From Mobula hypostoma (lineage: Eukaryota), in assembly GCF_963921235.1 (NCBI RefSeq), contig NC_086097.1, positions 50,408,001 through 50,472,000 of the forward strand: a DNA stretch of 64,000 nt, read 5' to 3'. The translations under genes and the position numbers were made by a program. Below are positions 49,971 to 64,000 of this stretch, one piece after another. The notes beneath the pieces are model-generated. The model did not search any database and was not told the origin of the DNA. It worked only from the letters and a program-made list of their open reading frames with translations. How positions within the stretch are numbered: position 1 is the stretch's first letter; every line of letters starts with the position of its first letter.

Positions 49971-50929
49971 GTTATTAGATGCTTTTATCTGGACAATCAG
50001 AGGCCAAGGAAGACAAACGAACCTGAAAGAAGTGTATAAAATTATGAAAGGCATAGATAGGGTGGATGGACCACTTTCCCAGAGTGGAAATGTCAAATAC
50101 TATTGGGCATAGCTTTAAGGTGAGGCAGAGAATATTTAAAGGAGATTTGTTAGGTAAGTTTTTTTCTGCCCCCCCCCCCCCCCAGAGATGCTGCCTGGCT
50201 TCTTCCTGCTGAGTAAGTGTGTGTGTTTGTTTTATACAGTTGAAAGGTTTCTGGAATGGTAGAAGCAGAGGCGATAACAGTGCAGATTTACACAGTTACA
50301 AGAACTGACACAATGGGGGGATATGGACCACGTGCAGACAGATGTGCAAATTTAATACACATCGCGGTCTATACATTGAGGGCTTATTATTGTGCTGTAC
50401 TTTTAATATGTTATAATAGACAGGGCCTTTGGAATATTGTTTTCTTGGGCTTCAGTCATTGTTCATGAAAGTGTGTATATTTCAGGAATGGGGCGAAATA
50501 CACAGATTTTAAATCAACGGTGCCACGACTTTTGTCTCTCACCATTTTCACTCACGGCCTCTGAGACTATAGTGCGTTGAGTAATGCCGGATCAGTTGCC
50601 TATGAGGTCATCTTACCATGGTTGTGCTCTAATTTAACGAGAAACAACTGTTTCCGGCAAATTGAAAACTGGTCACGAGAAACGTTTGACCTCAAGATCT
50701 GCAAAGCGGTCAATCAAATTAATCACTACGAAACATTAGATACTAAATATATTTAAAGTGATGCATAGAGAGACCTCTGGCACCTGTTGGCCGTTTATTG
50801 TGAACTTTTAGCTTTTCAAATTCTTCAAGCATCAGTAATGTAAATGGAACACAACAGAATACTTTTCAACTGAGATCATCAGTTTTCGCCTGAAATCCCT
50901 CACTTTTGAGTTTTAATTTTAAACCGACG

Positions 50930-51330
50930 TGTTTCAAGACGAGGTCGGTTTATAATTAAAACCCCAAAGTGGGTAATTGTTGCACGCACACCCTGTTCGA
51001 GTGGTGTATGTGGAAACTATTCTGCACATTTACATCAGCGTTTCCAAACACTTGGCACGTCATCGGCATCTTGCTCAAGACAAGAGCGCCGCTCCGGCTC
51101 TCGCTCCTCTCCCGGTCCCCGCCCCGCCTGTCAATCACACTGCTCGCTTTGTGACGTGTCAGGACGTCGCGTGGCTACACGCGAAGCCCCGGGTCTCGCC
51201 TCGCCGCATGCGCGGTGGCCACGGGAAGTGGCTACTCGTTCCGCGCCTTTTCCGGTGCTGCCGAGACCGGACAGGAGCGGAGCGGCGCCCAGAGCAGACC
51301 GGACCGGCTTCAACCCAGACCACTCAGGTA
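50930..51330 (+). promoter_or_regulatory. ARF6 CpG-island promoter and probable non-coding exon 1
   Basis: CpG-dense. GC boxes CCCCGCCCCGCC (about 51117-51128), CTGTCAATCA (51128-51137), GTGACGTG (51151), NRF1-like CGCATGCGCG (about 51205) and ETS-like GGAAGTG (about 51224). Donor CAG|GTAACA at 51327/51328. Confidence 0.8.
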
Positions 51331-51415
51331 ACAAAACAAAAGTGTTTTTAAAAAAAGCTCGAGAGTTCAGAGGACTTTGCATTAAGTATAAACTGTCTTC
51401 TTGTGACCGTTACAG
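51328..51415 (+). other. Candidate 88-nt 5'UTR intron of ARF6 (alternative acceptor at 51632)
   Basis: GTAACA...CTGTCTTCTTGTGACCGTTACAG. A second acceptor, TTATGTACTTTCTAG|AAG|ATG, lies at 51632/51635. Confidence 0.55.
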
Positions 51416-51632
51416 AGCAAGGGAGCCCGAATCAATGAGCTTGTCCGAAAGTGCGGTGCCGGTGCTGTAGTTACAGCGCGGGCGGGGTTCACACACTCAC
51501 TGACAGCTGCAGCCCTGAGCTGCCGAGTCAAGAGCAGGCGGCAGGATTTCAGGAGGCCTTCGCCCCTTTTCCCTCCACCCCAGACGTCCGCCACGCGCCT
51601 CTCGCTGCCGTAGTCTCTTATGTACTTTCTAG

Positions 51633-52166
<534 letters not shown>

Positions 52167-55100
52167 GTATATCGAAACAAAACTTATGGCAAATAGTTGC
52201 CTCTCGGAAGAATATATACTGAGAGAAGTGATCGTTGCCCTTTTACTAATCATTGTTTGCTTTTTTTTGCATTTGTTGGCTTTGCTTTAATTCAGCACAT
52301 ATGAAATTTTCTAACCTTGTGAACGACATCGCAATATTAAGCATTTTGAAAGGTTTTTCTTTAAAATGTTTGCTATGATTTGAATAACTTCCTCTTTCTG
52401 TATTATGATTCGATTTGAGTTTTCCAATACTTAAAGCTGTTTAGACTTCCTTTATAATTGCTGTAGATCGCCGATTTTACATTAATGGAAAAAAATGTCT
52501 GGACTATATTTCGATTAGTAAATATGAAAATTTATTTGAACAAACTAGTCACTGTATAATTTGTCTTCTTTAAAAAATTCTGATCGTAAGCAATTTATAG
52601 AGCCCTGTCATGTGTCAACTTGAATTTGAAGGTTCCCAGTGAAATGTTTTATTTGTATTCTGAATAGGGTGTATCCTTAACAAATGGCTTACTTGCATTT
52701 TCTGACTGCTGAGCTTTAGATTAACTATTTTATAATACCTCTAACACAAAAGTGCAGCCATAAGGAAAATGTTTGCAGGCCAGTAGAAGAGGGGGAAAAA
52801 TGCAAAGAAATTATTGGAGGCACCAGCTTAATATATTTTCATGCTGCCTTTCAATGAATGCACTTTGTTTACTAAATAAGTTAAATACTCCCAAAATTAA
52901 TCAGTTATTTTAGTGGTGGGAAATCAGTTGAATGGTGCATATGTGACTTGAATTATTTTCTAATGGGGGGCAGATGCTAACGCAGATGAAACTTTATATT
53001 TTTGCCACTTATAATTATTTAAAAATCTCCAAATTGAATGATGTCATTTTAAAGTTTGGTGAAAGCTAGAATGGCTGAAATAATACAATCATTCTGGAGC
53101 AAGATTGTTGATTCTGCATCCATTCAGTTTGCCAAATATCAGCTAAAGAGGACAGCTGAAATTCTTAAATGTCATTCAAGACTGGTGTTCTTGCGGGCCA
53201 GCTTTTTACCTTCGGTATTTGTGGGAGGAAATGGTACTTCTTTTCCACTGAGGATTAGCAAGGGCAACCTTTTTCAGTTTAATCTAAAGCAGTAATAGTT
53301 TAATGTACTTGTATGCGTGTAGCAATGAGTGCTGTCACTTGCAACTTCCTGTGCCTGTGGCTTTCCGCAGAACTGAAAAGAGGTCTCAGGAGAGGCAAGG
53401 CCACTTTTATAGCTGATTGTAAATTAGTAGCATATTGAATACAAATGTAAAGACATTAAAGCAGCTTTTGAAGGTTATTTATTTGAAGAAACAGTTCCTA
53501 GTCATTAATTTCTGGTCCTGAAATGCCATTGGTCAGAATTCATAGCTTGTAGTAAATGTACCATTTCCAGTTTTGCATTCCATTGTTAATATTATGGCTT
53601 TAAATCTGTTAACACTCAGTTAATATATGATGTATTGAAGGTGACTGACAAATGAGTTCTATACACTCGCTGAACATTGGATTGGAACTTTAAGTGATTT
53701 AGGGTAACCTCTGGCATTAAATTGCAGTTAAACTTATGGCAATTTAGTACTGTTTGAATAATTTAATTTTAGTGTCATAGAACGGTAGAGCATTGAGAAA
53801 TGGCATTGGGTTCAACTTATCCACACTAGCCACCTTTTCATATTAACTACTAGGCCCAGCATATGCTCCTTCTGTATCTAAGCAATTCAGGTGCTCATCT
53901 AGATATCTAATTGCTATCAGCATCCTTGTGTCAACTGCTCTCTGAGGCAGTGTACTCTCTAGATAAAGATGGTCTTGTCATATCCTCTCAATTCCTTCTC
54001 TTTCCCCTGCCCCTCCAAACCCATGTCCTGTAGTTTCATCTACCTCTGATATGGGGGTTAAAGTTTCCTACAGTCTACCCCATCTGATACAATCTTATAG
54101 TTTATTATTTATAATATGTGACTTAACCTGCAGGTATTTGGGCAAGATTTTTCTGACTTCAGCATGGAATATTCTTAATTTGAAATCAATTTGCAATCTC
54201 AGTAAATGATCAATCTACTGTTCAAATATCAAATGTTATTATTGGGGAGGAAGGAAGATTGGTTAGTACAGATAAATGTCTGCAGATTTAGATGAGTTCA
54301 ATTTTTTTTAATTCCATTTAAAACTAATTTGGGAGTCAAGTATCTACTTGCCTTTATCATTTGCTGGTTCAAGTCATAATTCGAATTTAGCTCAGGACAT
54401 TTGAATTTATGTTGAATGAAAATTGCCTGGTGCACTTGAATTAGTAAATTTGAAAATTCGTGATTTGTCTAAGTTACTTTGATCACAAGAAATTCATCAA
54501 ACCTCTGATTTATACACTTGAATAAGGATGATACTTCTAATTTGTTTATCTAATTTTAGATGACATGCTCTTCCTGTGTATATATGAGCTTGGCAACTTT
54601 TTTTCTTTCTGCCCTGCTGAACATGCCTCACTAATCCAGAACCGCATTAGCCACAAATTACACTATCATAATAATTATCCCACTGTTATATGTCTTCATT
54701 TTATAAGAGAAACTCTTTTGGATTCACCCCCATTTTGCTGCTGTTTGGCCTAATTTATTTCTCTGTAGAAAGTCCGATGAAGGGTTCCCTAGAAACGTTA
54801 ACCTTCTTTTCCACATTTTTTCCAGTAATTATTTTTGTTGGACGCCTAGTATGTGTAGCTTTCTTTTATTTACTTATAATCTGCCTAAAGCTCAATGTAC
54901 CAATATTTATTGTTCTACATAAACTTACTTGTGTCTATTTTCCCTTCTAGAGGGAACTTGAATTGTATTTAAATTTTCTGATGATTTCCCAATCTTAGTG
55001 GATTTTACTCTGTTCTTGTAGATTGCGAACAACATGAGACATCATTTCTTTGTTTCTGTTCATTCTAACATAATAATTGACAGTCATCCAAAAATCAAAC

Positions 55101-56892
55101 ATGTCAGACTGAGAGGGGGTTGCAAATTTTGTTTCCTGTAGGTTGACAGTGATTCTTTTAGACCAGTAGCTGTTTTCATTTGTTTTTGCATATGCTAGAG
55201 TAGAGCATCTGTTGATTCACTTTAAGATGTGGGATTTGAACAAGTTACCTTTTTTCATCCAGTTTTGTGACCATTACATTAGAGAGAGAGACAGACACAC
55301 ACACAATACTTGATACATTTTAAGTTTGAAATGTTATGCATCCAGAGATGCTTCTGGACCTGGCTGATCTGAACATGCTATGTTATAAACTTAATTATAA
55401 TAGCCATGAATTTTAACAGTTGTTGTCAAAGTATATTTTGTAGATATTTCAAAACAAACTATGATCTAACTTCTTAGAGGAAACACTGCACTTTCAAGTT
55501 TCTTAGCAATGAATGTAATTTTTACCTTGAAAAAATTTAGTATGAACCTGTATTTTCACCAGTCAGATGGCCTGTATGTTGTGAAAGTACCTCTCTTAAC
55601 TCTAATTGCAAATGACTTTCCCCTTGTTCATAGCAAAATCAGTGGTAAACTTAGGACAGCATCTTATGATTAAAATGTTGTTGTTTAAAGTCATTCCCAT
55701 TATTTCAAATTCTTAGTTAATGCGTTTCTTCCTTTCTTTCGAAGTGGAAGTTAAACACAAGCCTGTAAAGATAGCTTTGCAGTGGGATAGAAACTCATTT
55801 TATAGGAAACTTTTTTGGATTAATGGCAATTGTATGGCGCACTAGTAAAAGTTAAAGAAGGTCAATTTAGGAGTCCTTTATGGAATACATTTCATTGTTA
55901 GGAATCCTTAAGGAAACAAATGTTAGACAAATGTAGGTAAGGACAGAGGATAAAATTGATAATGTGAAATAAAAACAAAACTTTGGAAATACTCAACAGG
56001 TTAATCAGCATTGGTATAATCAGAATGACCTAATGTTGTAGACCAGAGATCATTGATTTTTCCAGCATTTAAATTTTTTTTAATTTTTGAATTATAAAAT
56101 TATCTTGAGTATTTTAGGACTGGCTTGACTGCAATTATTTTTGTTGCAAACACTTCTGTTTTTCAAATGAATACGTATAAGTCCACATTAAACAATTGAT
56201 TGGAGATTGAATCTCTGAAAATACACCTCTGGTTCATGTTGTTTGCAGCTTGTATGATATTGACCAAGTCAAAGTAACCCAGAATGGATCAGAAAAATAC
56301 TGCAGAATTGAATATTCTGTGTAAATATCTTAACTGTTATGACAGTGTCTTAATTGTATAGCAATACATAATGTTAACCCATTCAAAACAGTGAGACCAA
56401 CACATACGTGTGTGTGTGTATAGATATAACTTATTTCTGTCGTTAAACATAGTTTGCATCCATGGTCATCTACCCACTGTAGCAGTTGATAGCATAAATA
56501 GAATTCAAATCTTGTGAAATCCTGCATTGAACTTATTTGGCATCTGTTAATGTCACTGAGGAAGGTTCAGAAATTTCTGTTACAAATCATTTCCTCAGCA
56601 ATTTTCCTCCTTTATGCCTATATTGTAAGCACCTGTCAAAGTTCAAGGATTGTAATTTTGTTTGAAGAGCAGTTATCTTGTGGTCCTCAAAAGTTATTAG
56701 GTAATGTTTTACGTGCTTGTTTCATCTACATGAATTTAAATCTATTAAAGTCTACGGCTTGTTAAAGCTTCTGAGCAGAAAAAACAATCTGATGCTAGGT
56801 CCTGACTCCAAAAGTCAACTTTTTTTTCTCTCTGTAGAAGCTGCTTGACATAGTTCCAGTGTCTACAATCTCTTTTATCTCCAGTCTATAAA

Positions 56893-57690
56893 TTAAGTTT
56901 CAAAGGTACATTTAATGTCAGAGAAATGTATACAATATACATCCTGAAATGCTTTTTCTTCACAACCATCCATGAAAACAGGGGAATGCCTCAAGGAATG
57001 AACAACAGTTAAATGTTAGAACCCCAGAGTCCCCCCCCCCAGCTCCCCTCCCGCACGTAAGCGGCAGCAAATAACAATCCCTCTCCCCCCACGGCAAAAA
57101 AGCGTCGTCACCTGCCACCAAGCACTCAAGCGTGAGCAAAGCAACAGCAAAGACACAGACTTGCAGTTAACCCAAAGACTTCGCATTTCATCCGGTATTC
57201 GACATACTACAGGCGCTCTCTCCCCCTAATAAGGGAGAAAGAGGTATCTCCATTTTCACAGCGAGTGGGGAGACGTAACAAACTTGCTGGTTTATGATGT
57301 TCAAAGTCCGTTAAGTCACTTTTTTTGAGCTCTGCCAGAAGATCTCAAAGATCTTGGGTCTCTGGGCACACAGCCTCAGACTCCCCTGACAACACAGGGG
57401 TCTCCTGCCATGACACTGACCCCTCAATCTGCCCACCTCCAGAGCCCTGAGATCCTAGGCCTTCAAAGCTGAGCTGGACTCTTAGGCTGAGCCCTTGGCA
57501 TGCCGAACAGCAATGGTCGGTTATGAAATCCCGATAGGGGGTCCCGTTCCCACAAAGAACCACAGTCAACGTGTAACTCTGGGCCAAGATCTTCAAAAGA
57601 ACCCTGAAAGGGAAAAATAAAGATATTAAAGATGGAAATAGAGCTGTTTCCAGAGATGCAAGCAAAGGATTCACCGTTTAGCACCATCAT
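56893..57690 (-). mobile_element. Non-autonomous retroelement with a Rex1-like 3' tail
   Basis: The minus strand starts GATGGTGCTAAACGG...TTGCTTGCATC and ends ...TGTATATTGTATACATTTCTCTGACATTAAATGTACCTTTGAAACTT, a tail resembling the Rex1 copies. No ORF. Confidence 0.5.
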
Positions 57691-58664
57691 CACTCCACTC
57701 CACCTCTGAGGATAAGTTGATTTATGTTTAAAATTCAACAGGAGTGTTTTTCTAAGACTGCAGTGGACTTCAAGAACCATTAACCTGTCTCAAGAAATTG
57801 TATGTAGTATCATTTATTTTATCTACAAGTTTGGTATAATATTCATTTAACGCATTGATAAATCTATTGATTGTATTACCTTAATGAAACAAACTTTGTG
57901 ATGCTGTAAATATATCCCCTGCAGTGGGCCCTATCATAGCTTTCAGTATTTCTGTCTTGCACTGCTCACAAGACTGAAGTACTGTAAAGTTTGAATGGAG
58001 AAAGGAGAGATTTGCATTTAAGTTGCACCTGTGTATCCTTTTTTTTTAAGGATGCCCCTCAACCCGTCAGAGGCATACTTTTAAATTATCTGCTGTAGGG
58101 CATGTAGCAGTCAGCAAGCTCCTGTGAACCACAATGTGTTGATGACCAAGTAATTTTAATGATATGTGGGTGTAATATTAGCTGGGATACTGAATATTTC
58201 TCTAAAGTGTGGCATATTTTGCCTTTTTCCAGTCTTGGTTTAAAGATTCACCTCAAAGACCACTTCTGACAAAGCAAAGCTATCATTGGTTTGCAATGTC
58301 AGCCTTTATATTTCTTCCATGAGTTTTCTTGTGTTTCAGAAGCTATCAAAGGAGCCATAGCTGTGTCTCTTATTCCATGATTACATGGGCATTGTTACAA
58401 AGGCTTCTAACATCATTCTCAAAATCATGCACATAAAGCTTTATTTACAAAGTGTAAGAATTTTATTATTCCTAGTTCATTGAAGCTGTTACAGAATCTT
58501 GATCTGAAACATTTGTTTATATGTGGAACTACAAATTAGAAAATGCGTTTTCTGTTTAAGGTACAGTATTGGAAGTAATGTGACTGTGCAAACCCTTATT
58601 TAAAGGCAAAGCCGTAGAGGCAATAACCTTGAACTTGTCTTTACAGGCAATGTATGTTTTATTT

Positions 58665-58872
58665 GGAGATGATGCTTGGAACAGGCCGTTCAGGCCCAAC
58701 AAATTGCACCACCCAACAAACCACCTATTTAACACTAGTCTAGTCACAGAACAATTAACCACTAACTGGTATGTCATTGGACTGTGGGAGGAAACCGGAG
58801 TACCTGGAGGAAACTCGCATGGTTCACGGAACGCCCCAAGCGTTGCACTAACCGCTGCATTATGGTGGTGCC
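58665..58872 (-). mobile_element. HE1-type SINE with a CR1-like tail
   Basis: Reverse V domain TGTGGGAGGAAACCGGAGTACCTGGAGGAAAC, tRNA-like head and CR1-type end GGAACAGGCC.TTC.GGCCCAAC. Confidence 0.75.
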
Positions 58873-59819
58873 GTGTTCTAGTTAAAGTCTTTTCACTAAA
58901 ATGCTGTTTAATCAAATGTTTGTTTCACTTATCGGATAGATACCAGAATCAGCTAACTTGCTCTATACTCCAATTTGGGTGTTCTTTCAAACCTCTCTTT
59001 AGATTGCTCCTGCTGAATTGTAGCTCTTGAATTGTAAGCGACTTCAGAAGTGTGCATCTAGTAAGCTATCACTTGTATCTACCTTAATGCATGTAGAAAA
59101 AGCTGCACTAGAATTCTTCTTTTCCGTGATTTTGTTGCTGGCTTTGCAATTATTTTGCCTTCCATATAATTTCTTTCCTTGTAACTTCTTTCCATGATGA
59201 AAAGTGAATTCATGCCATCTCTTGCAAATTTTTGCAGATGATATCCTTATTGACCTTGGATTAAATGTTGCAGGGAGATTTAAGTGAAATGGGACTGATG
59301 ACGTTCCTTTGAACCCTGATTTGAAGTCAAGCCAGGTGGCCTCCTCTGTCTGATGGACATTTTTTTTTAATCTTTGCACTGTTTAAAATATGATCTGCCT
59401 AAAGAATATTGATGTAACTTTTTAACAGTAAATTAGCTGGTTCAGATTAATGTATACTTGAGACTTTGAAGTCTGAATTTGTTCCCTAAATTCTTGGCAG
59501 TTCTACAGGTTGGTGGGAGGTTTTTGTTACAATTTAACATACTGCAATGTTTGTCCAGTACTGGAACTAGAACAATTTGGTTATTAAAAGGTCATCTCAC
59601 CTACAGTATTCAGACAGCTAGTAACAAAGAAACCATTCAATTGGTACTCTGTGTTTCTCCTTCGTCATTTAATCAAAACTTTATTTCCAGTGACAAGCAA
59701 ATTTCGACACTTACAAATTAGCCCCAGAAAGGTCCTGTGTAGTGCATGGGGTAGAGGGAAAGTTTACCTGCTTTTCTGATGCAGTTGCATATCTCTGAGC
59801 TGAAGACCACTTCTGCTTC

Positions 59820-60625
59820 AAAGTTCAAAGTAAATTTCTCAAAGTACAAATGCGTCACCAGAGATGCATTTTCTTGCGGGCGTACTCAGTAGATCTAAGA
59901 ACCATATTAGAATCAATGAAAGACTGCATCCAACTGGGTGGGCAAACAACCAAAGTGCAAAAGACAAACTGCAAATATAAAAGAGAAAGTGATAAATAAG
60001 CAATAAGTATTGAACGTGAGATGAAGTGCCCATGAAAGTGTGTCCATGGATTGTGGGAACAGTTCAGTGATGGGGCAAATGAAGTTATCCCCATTTGTTC
60101 AAAACCCTAATGGTTGAGGGGTAAATTGTTCCTGATCCTGGTAGTGTGAGTGCTTAGATTCCCGTACCACCTTCCTAATGGCAGCAGTGAGAAGAGAACA
60201 TGATGTAGATGTTTAGGGTCCCTTATATTAGATGTTGCTTTCTTACAACAGCGCTCCGTGTAGATGTGCTCAATAGAGAGAAGGGCTTTGCCCCTGATGG
60301 ACAGGGCCATATCCGCTACTTTTTGTAGGATTTTCCGTTCAAGGGCTCTGGTGTTTCCATACCAGGCTGTGATGCAACCAGTCAATGTACTCTCCACCAC
60401 ACATCTGTAGAAGTTTGTCAAAGTATTAGATGTCATGCCAAATCTTCATAACCTTCTAAGAAAGCAGAGGTGATGCTGTGTTTTCTTTGTAATTGCACTT
60501 GCGTACTGGGCCCAGGCTCTTCTAAAATGATACTGAAGAGTTTAAAGTTTCTGACCACCTCCACCTTTGATCCCCTAATGAAGACTAGCTCATGGACCTC
60601 CAATTTCATCCTCTTGAAGCCAATG
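59820..60625 (-). mobile_element. Rex1/Babar-type LINE, 5'-truncated
   Basis: TLTNFYRCVVESTLTGCITAWYGN...LFSLLPLGRWY, with the reverse tail TTCAAAGTTCAAAGT. Confidence 0.85.
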
Positions 60626-62049
60626 AGAGGAGTGTTTCACTGTGTTCTTGGATTCTCAACTTTGGTATTGTTTGAGCCTTCTAAGTGGCCATCTTGTTCT
60701 GTGGCCTCTACCCTATCTGCAAGAAATTGCTTACTTGCCTGGATCCTAGTGATAGTGCTAGGTTTCCAAGTGAACCCTGCTACATCCCTTGCATGCTACA
60801 CATGGTGTTAAATGCGCCAGCATTTTTGTCATTTGGAAGCTCCTGCAGGATTTGAGATAATTGATTGTAATTCCATGAATATGTGGAATGTATCAGGTTT
60901 CTCTTTCTGGCATTTCATCATTGGATTAACCTCTGCTTTCCAGATGTCTGGCAGCACTGTTCAAGTGAGTGCTTAAATGCTATTGTTTAAGGATCTAGTG
61001 TTTCTAATTATTGATGTAACTTTATCTTGTAAGTTTTTACAATTTGAAACATTTCATTACTCCCAATATTGTGAGTAATCTTTCAAGAGCCTGAACCTTG
61101 TAATTGGCATCAAACTCATTCATAACACTGAATTGCTATTATTTGAATGAGCAAGCATTATGTAGCTTGAAATCAACAATGTACCAATTGTTCCAAAGTC
61201 ATGTACATTAGGTAGGAATTATATTGCAACAATTCTGTTTCTGTAAATTGACTACTTAAGTACCTCACACTTGACAGAATTGTTAAGTGAATGGTTGATT
61301 TGTACATTTTGGGAGTTTGAGCTACATTGTTTCTGGACTTCATCTGCGCCAAAATCCATTTGTAAGAATGTTGAATAATTGTAGATACACAATTGTCATG
61401 TTTTTCCTCTCCATTAGGTTCTTGACTCTATCTTGATTTAAAAAAAACATTATGAATTTTAAAACTACTTTAGAAAGCCTAATGAATATGGTGATCTATG
61501 AACAGCTAAGTGTCACTTAATAGCTACCTCTTATTGAGATGCAAAACCAAGATTTGCGTTATTACAGTGTCTTCCAGCACTCAGAAAATAGAGCAGCAGC
61601 ATTAGAATTTTTAAATGAAGATTAAGAGAAAATATTGATACTAGAAGAGTTTGAATTAGAAAAGTTAGTGACTTCAGTTTTGATTCTCTACTTTAAAAAT
61701 GGTACCCTTCATTTACTTTAATGTTTCCATTAATTTCACGGGGAACTGAGAATTTTAGTACTTAATCCTTTCTGGTCCCAGTTTTTGAAGCAAAAAAAGA
61801 ACTCAACTTTTGTTGCAATGTAGCATGTTTTAAATTATAATGGAAAGTGGTAGTCTTGTGCATAAGTACAATGGCTAAAAAGGCAAACCAGATTTATTAC
61901 ATGTATCTGGCTTTCCATTATCTTCTCTACGAACACCAATGTGTGAGATGTATTTGGAATTTTTGAAAAGCTTTCACTAAGTTTCCATGCAGGAAGTTGC
62001 TGAATGAAGTTAAGAGTGTGTGGAAGTGGGGATAATATGTGCTGTATGT

Positions 62050-64000
62050 GCAGAACTGAAAATGGGTAAAAGGTTAATTGAAGCAATGAGTAGGGATCAA
62101 TGGGTCTTTCCTCAGCTGACAGACTTTTATTGGTGTATTGCAGGGATTAGCACTTAAACCCTAACTATTTTTACTTTAGATCAATGATTTAGAAGAGTGG
62201 ACCAGATGTAACACTTCCAAGTTTGCTGTTGATACAAAACCATGTAGGTTTGTGAGTGATGCTATGTAAGGAAAGAGGTTTCAAAGAGATGTACAAACTA
62301 AGTGAATCAACAGCATGGCAGATGAAGTACAATATAGAAAAATGTAAGATTATCATCTTTGGTAGTAGTAGGAAATGTTGAGTTTTAAATGGTGAGGGAT
62401 TCAAAGAGAAGTGGGAGTCAAAATGCACTTTTCACTTCAGAGCTAACTTGTTGGCACTGAGGAAGGCAATTTGTATCTTGCTACAATTACCTGAGGCCTT
62501 GGTGACACTCAGCTGAAGTATTGTAGACTGCTTTAGTCTCTTCACCTGAATATCAATAGGCTTCAGAGCAGGTACAGCAATAATTCACCAGACTAAAAAA
62601 TTATATTACATAGATGCTGGAAATCTGAAATAAAAGCAGAAAATGTTGTATACACTCAGCAGGGAGCATCTTATTTTCAGTTGTGGAAGAGTTTGAAACC
62701 TGAAACGTTAGCTCTGATTACCAGACTGCTTTGTGTTATATGAGAGTTTCAAAATGCTAAGACTTCCTTGGATTCAAAAGAAAGAGATCGGCTGATGGAA
62801 GTATTGAAGATTCTTAGAGCGCACAAAGATAAATATGGTGAGGATGTTTTCCTGGCTGGGAATTCGAGAGCTAGGGTCAGAGGTATTTAAAAGAAAGATA
62901 GGATAATTGTAAATTTAGATTAAAATATTTTAACTAGAAGAAAACTTGGTCCCATTGAACATGTTCCACTGGACAAAGGCAATATTATTGGGGTAGTGCC
63001 ATAGTGATGAGCTGTAGATGAAAGGATCTGGCTGATATGTTTATAGAGGGGTTAAGGGGGAACACAGAAAAGGTATGTAAAGCTGTGAAGTGCAGAACTG
63101 GAGGAAATGCACAGCAGCCCAAGCTATGGCATCCTGTCTAACACTGGTACAGTATTCTGCTACAAGTTTACCCATTTATGATAATAACTCACTAATTTCT
63201 CCAAACACTACCTATATCTACTTTCAGAGGTAAGCTAGCTAATAATATAAAAGAAAATACAAAAATAGTTTTTCAGATATATAAGGAGTAAAAGAGAGAT
63301 GAGAATGGATATCACATCACTGAAAGGTGACACTGGAGAGATAGTATTTTGCATCAGTCTTCAGTGAAGAAGACTCTAGCAGAATAACAATGTGAGTGTG
63401 TTTTTGGTGGGTGGGGGAACAGAATTGAGTGTTGTTACTATTACTAAGGAGAAGGTGCTTGGGAAGCTGAGAAGTCTGAAGGTACACCTGGGCCACAAGG
63501 AATATACACCAGGGTTCTGAAAGGGGTAGCTGAAAAGATTGTGGAGGCATTAGTCACGATCTTTCAAGAATCACTAGATTTTGGAATGGTTCTGGAGGAC
63601 TGGAAAATTTTAAATGTCACTTTATTCTAAGAAGGGATGGAGGGAGTCAGAAGGAAGGAAATTATAGGTGAGTTAGCCTGACTTCAGTGGTTGGAAAAAC
63701 AGTGGAGTCTTATTAAGGATTTGATGTTGGGGTTACTTGAGGCACATGATAAAATTGGCCAAAGTCAGCATGGTTTTCTAAAGGGGAAAATCTTGCCTGA
63801 CAAATCTGTTGGAATTCTTTGAAGAAATAACAGGCAGGATGGACAAAGGAATTAGTGGATGTTGTTAATTTGGATTTTCAGAAGGCCTTTAACAAGGTGT
63901 CGCACATGAGGCTGCTTAACAAAAAGCCCAAGGTATTATGGGAAAGGAAATGCATAGAAAATTGGCTGACTGGCCGGAGCCAACCAGGGAGAATAAAGTG
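62050..64000 (+). mobile_element. CR1 remnants (about 62050-62600 and 63235-64000)
   Basis: GVLQGLALKP, SKFAVDTK, WQMKYNIEKC; then FFRYIRSKR, PRVLK, LEDWK, SQHGFLKG, CLTNLLEFFEEIT, LDFQKAFNKVSH. Confidence 0.8.

Noticed and set aside
40000..51000. Looked for 7SL RNA genes, which lie near ARF6 in human
   Set aside because: No GCCGGGCGCGGTGGCG-type 7SL 5' sequence was seen on either strand.

Overview
Vertebrate genomic DNA, not prokaryotic. It is most likely from a cartilaginous fish (ray or shark), inferred from HE1/V-type SINEs, CR1 with an esterase-type ORF1, and abundant Rex1/Babar and Penelope-derived repeats. Two intact host genes point away from each other about 39 kb apart. A CDCA4-like SERTA-domain gene lies on the minus strand (single coding exon 7853-8689, CpG-rich promoter about 12.2-13.1 kb). 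An intronless-CDS ARF6 lies on the plus strand (51636-52166, CpG island about 50.9-52.0 kb). Most of the rest is decayed transposable elements: CR1, Rex1/Babar, RTE, Tx1/L1, Hero (R2 group), Penelope, Tc1, PIF/Harbinger, hAT and Tigger-like MITEs, and tRNA-derived SINEs. I see no CRISPR, rRNA or intact tRNA, and cannot support a wholly new biological system. The best leads are: an unusually substituted ARF6 next to CDCA4 (possible second paralogue); alternative 5'UTR acceptors that would switch ARF6 uORFs on or off; a three-level nested LINE insertion containing a near-intact CR1; a fold-back Tc1 built from two 3' ends; a Penelope-type minimal hammerhead ribozyme; a Hero element; and divergent CTCF motifs between the two genes. 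Repeat boundaries are approximate unless TIRs or TSDs are given, and family assignments come from recalled motifs rather than database searches.
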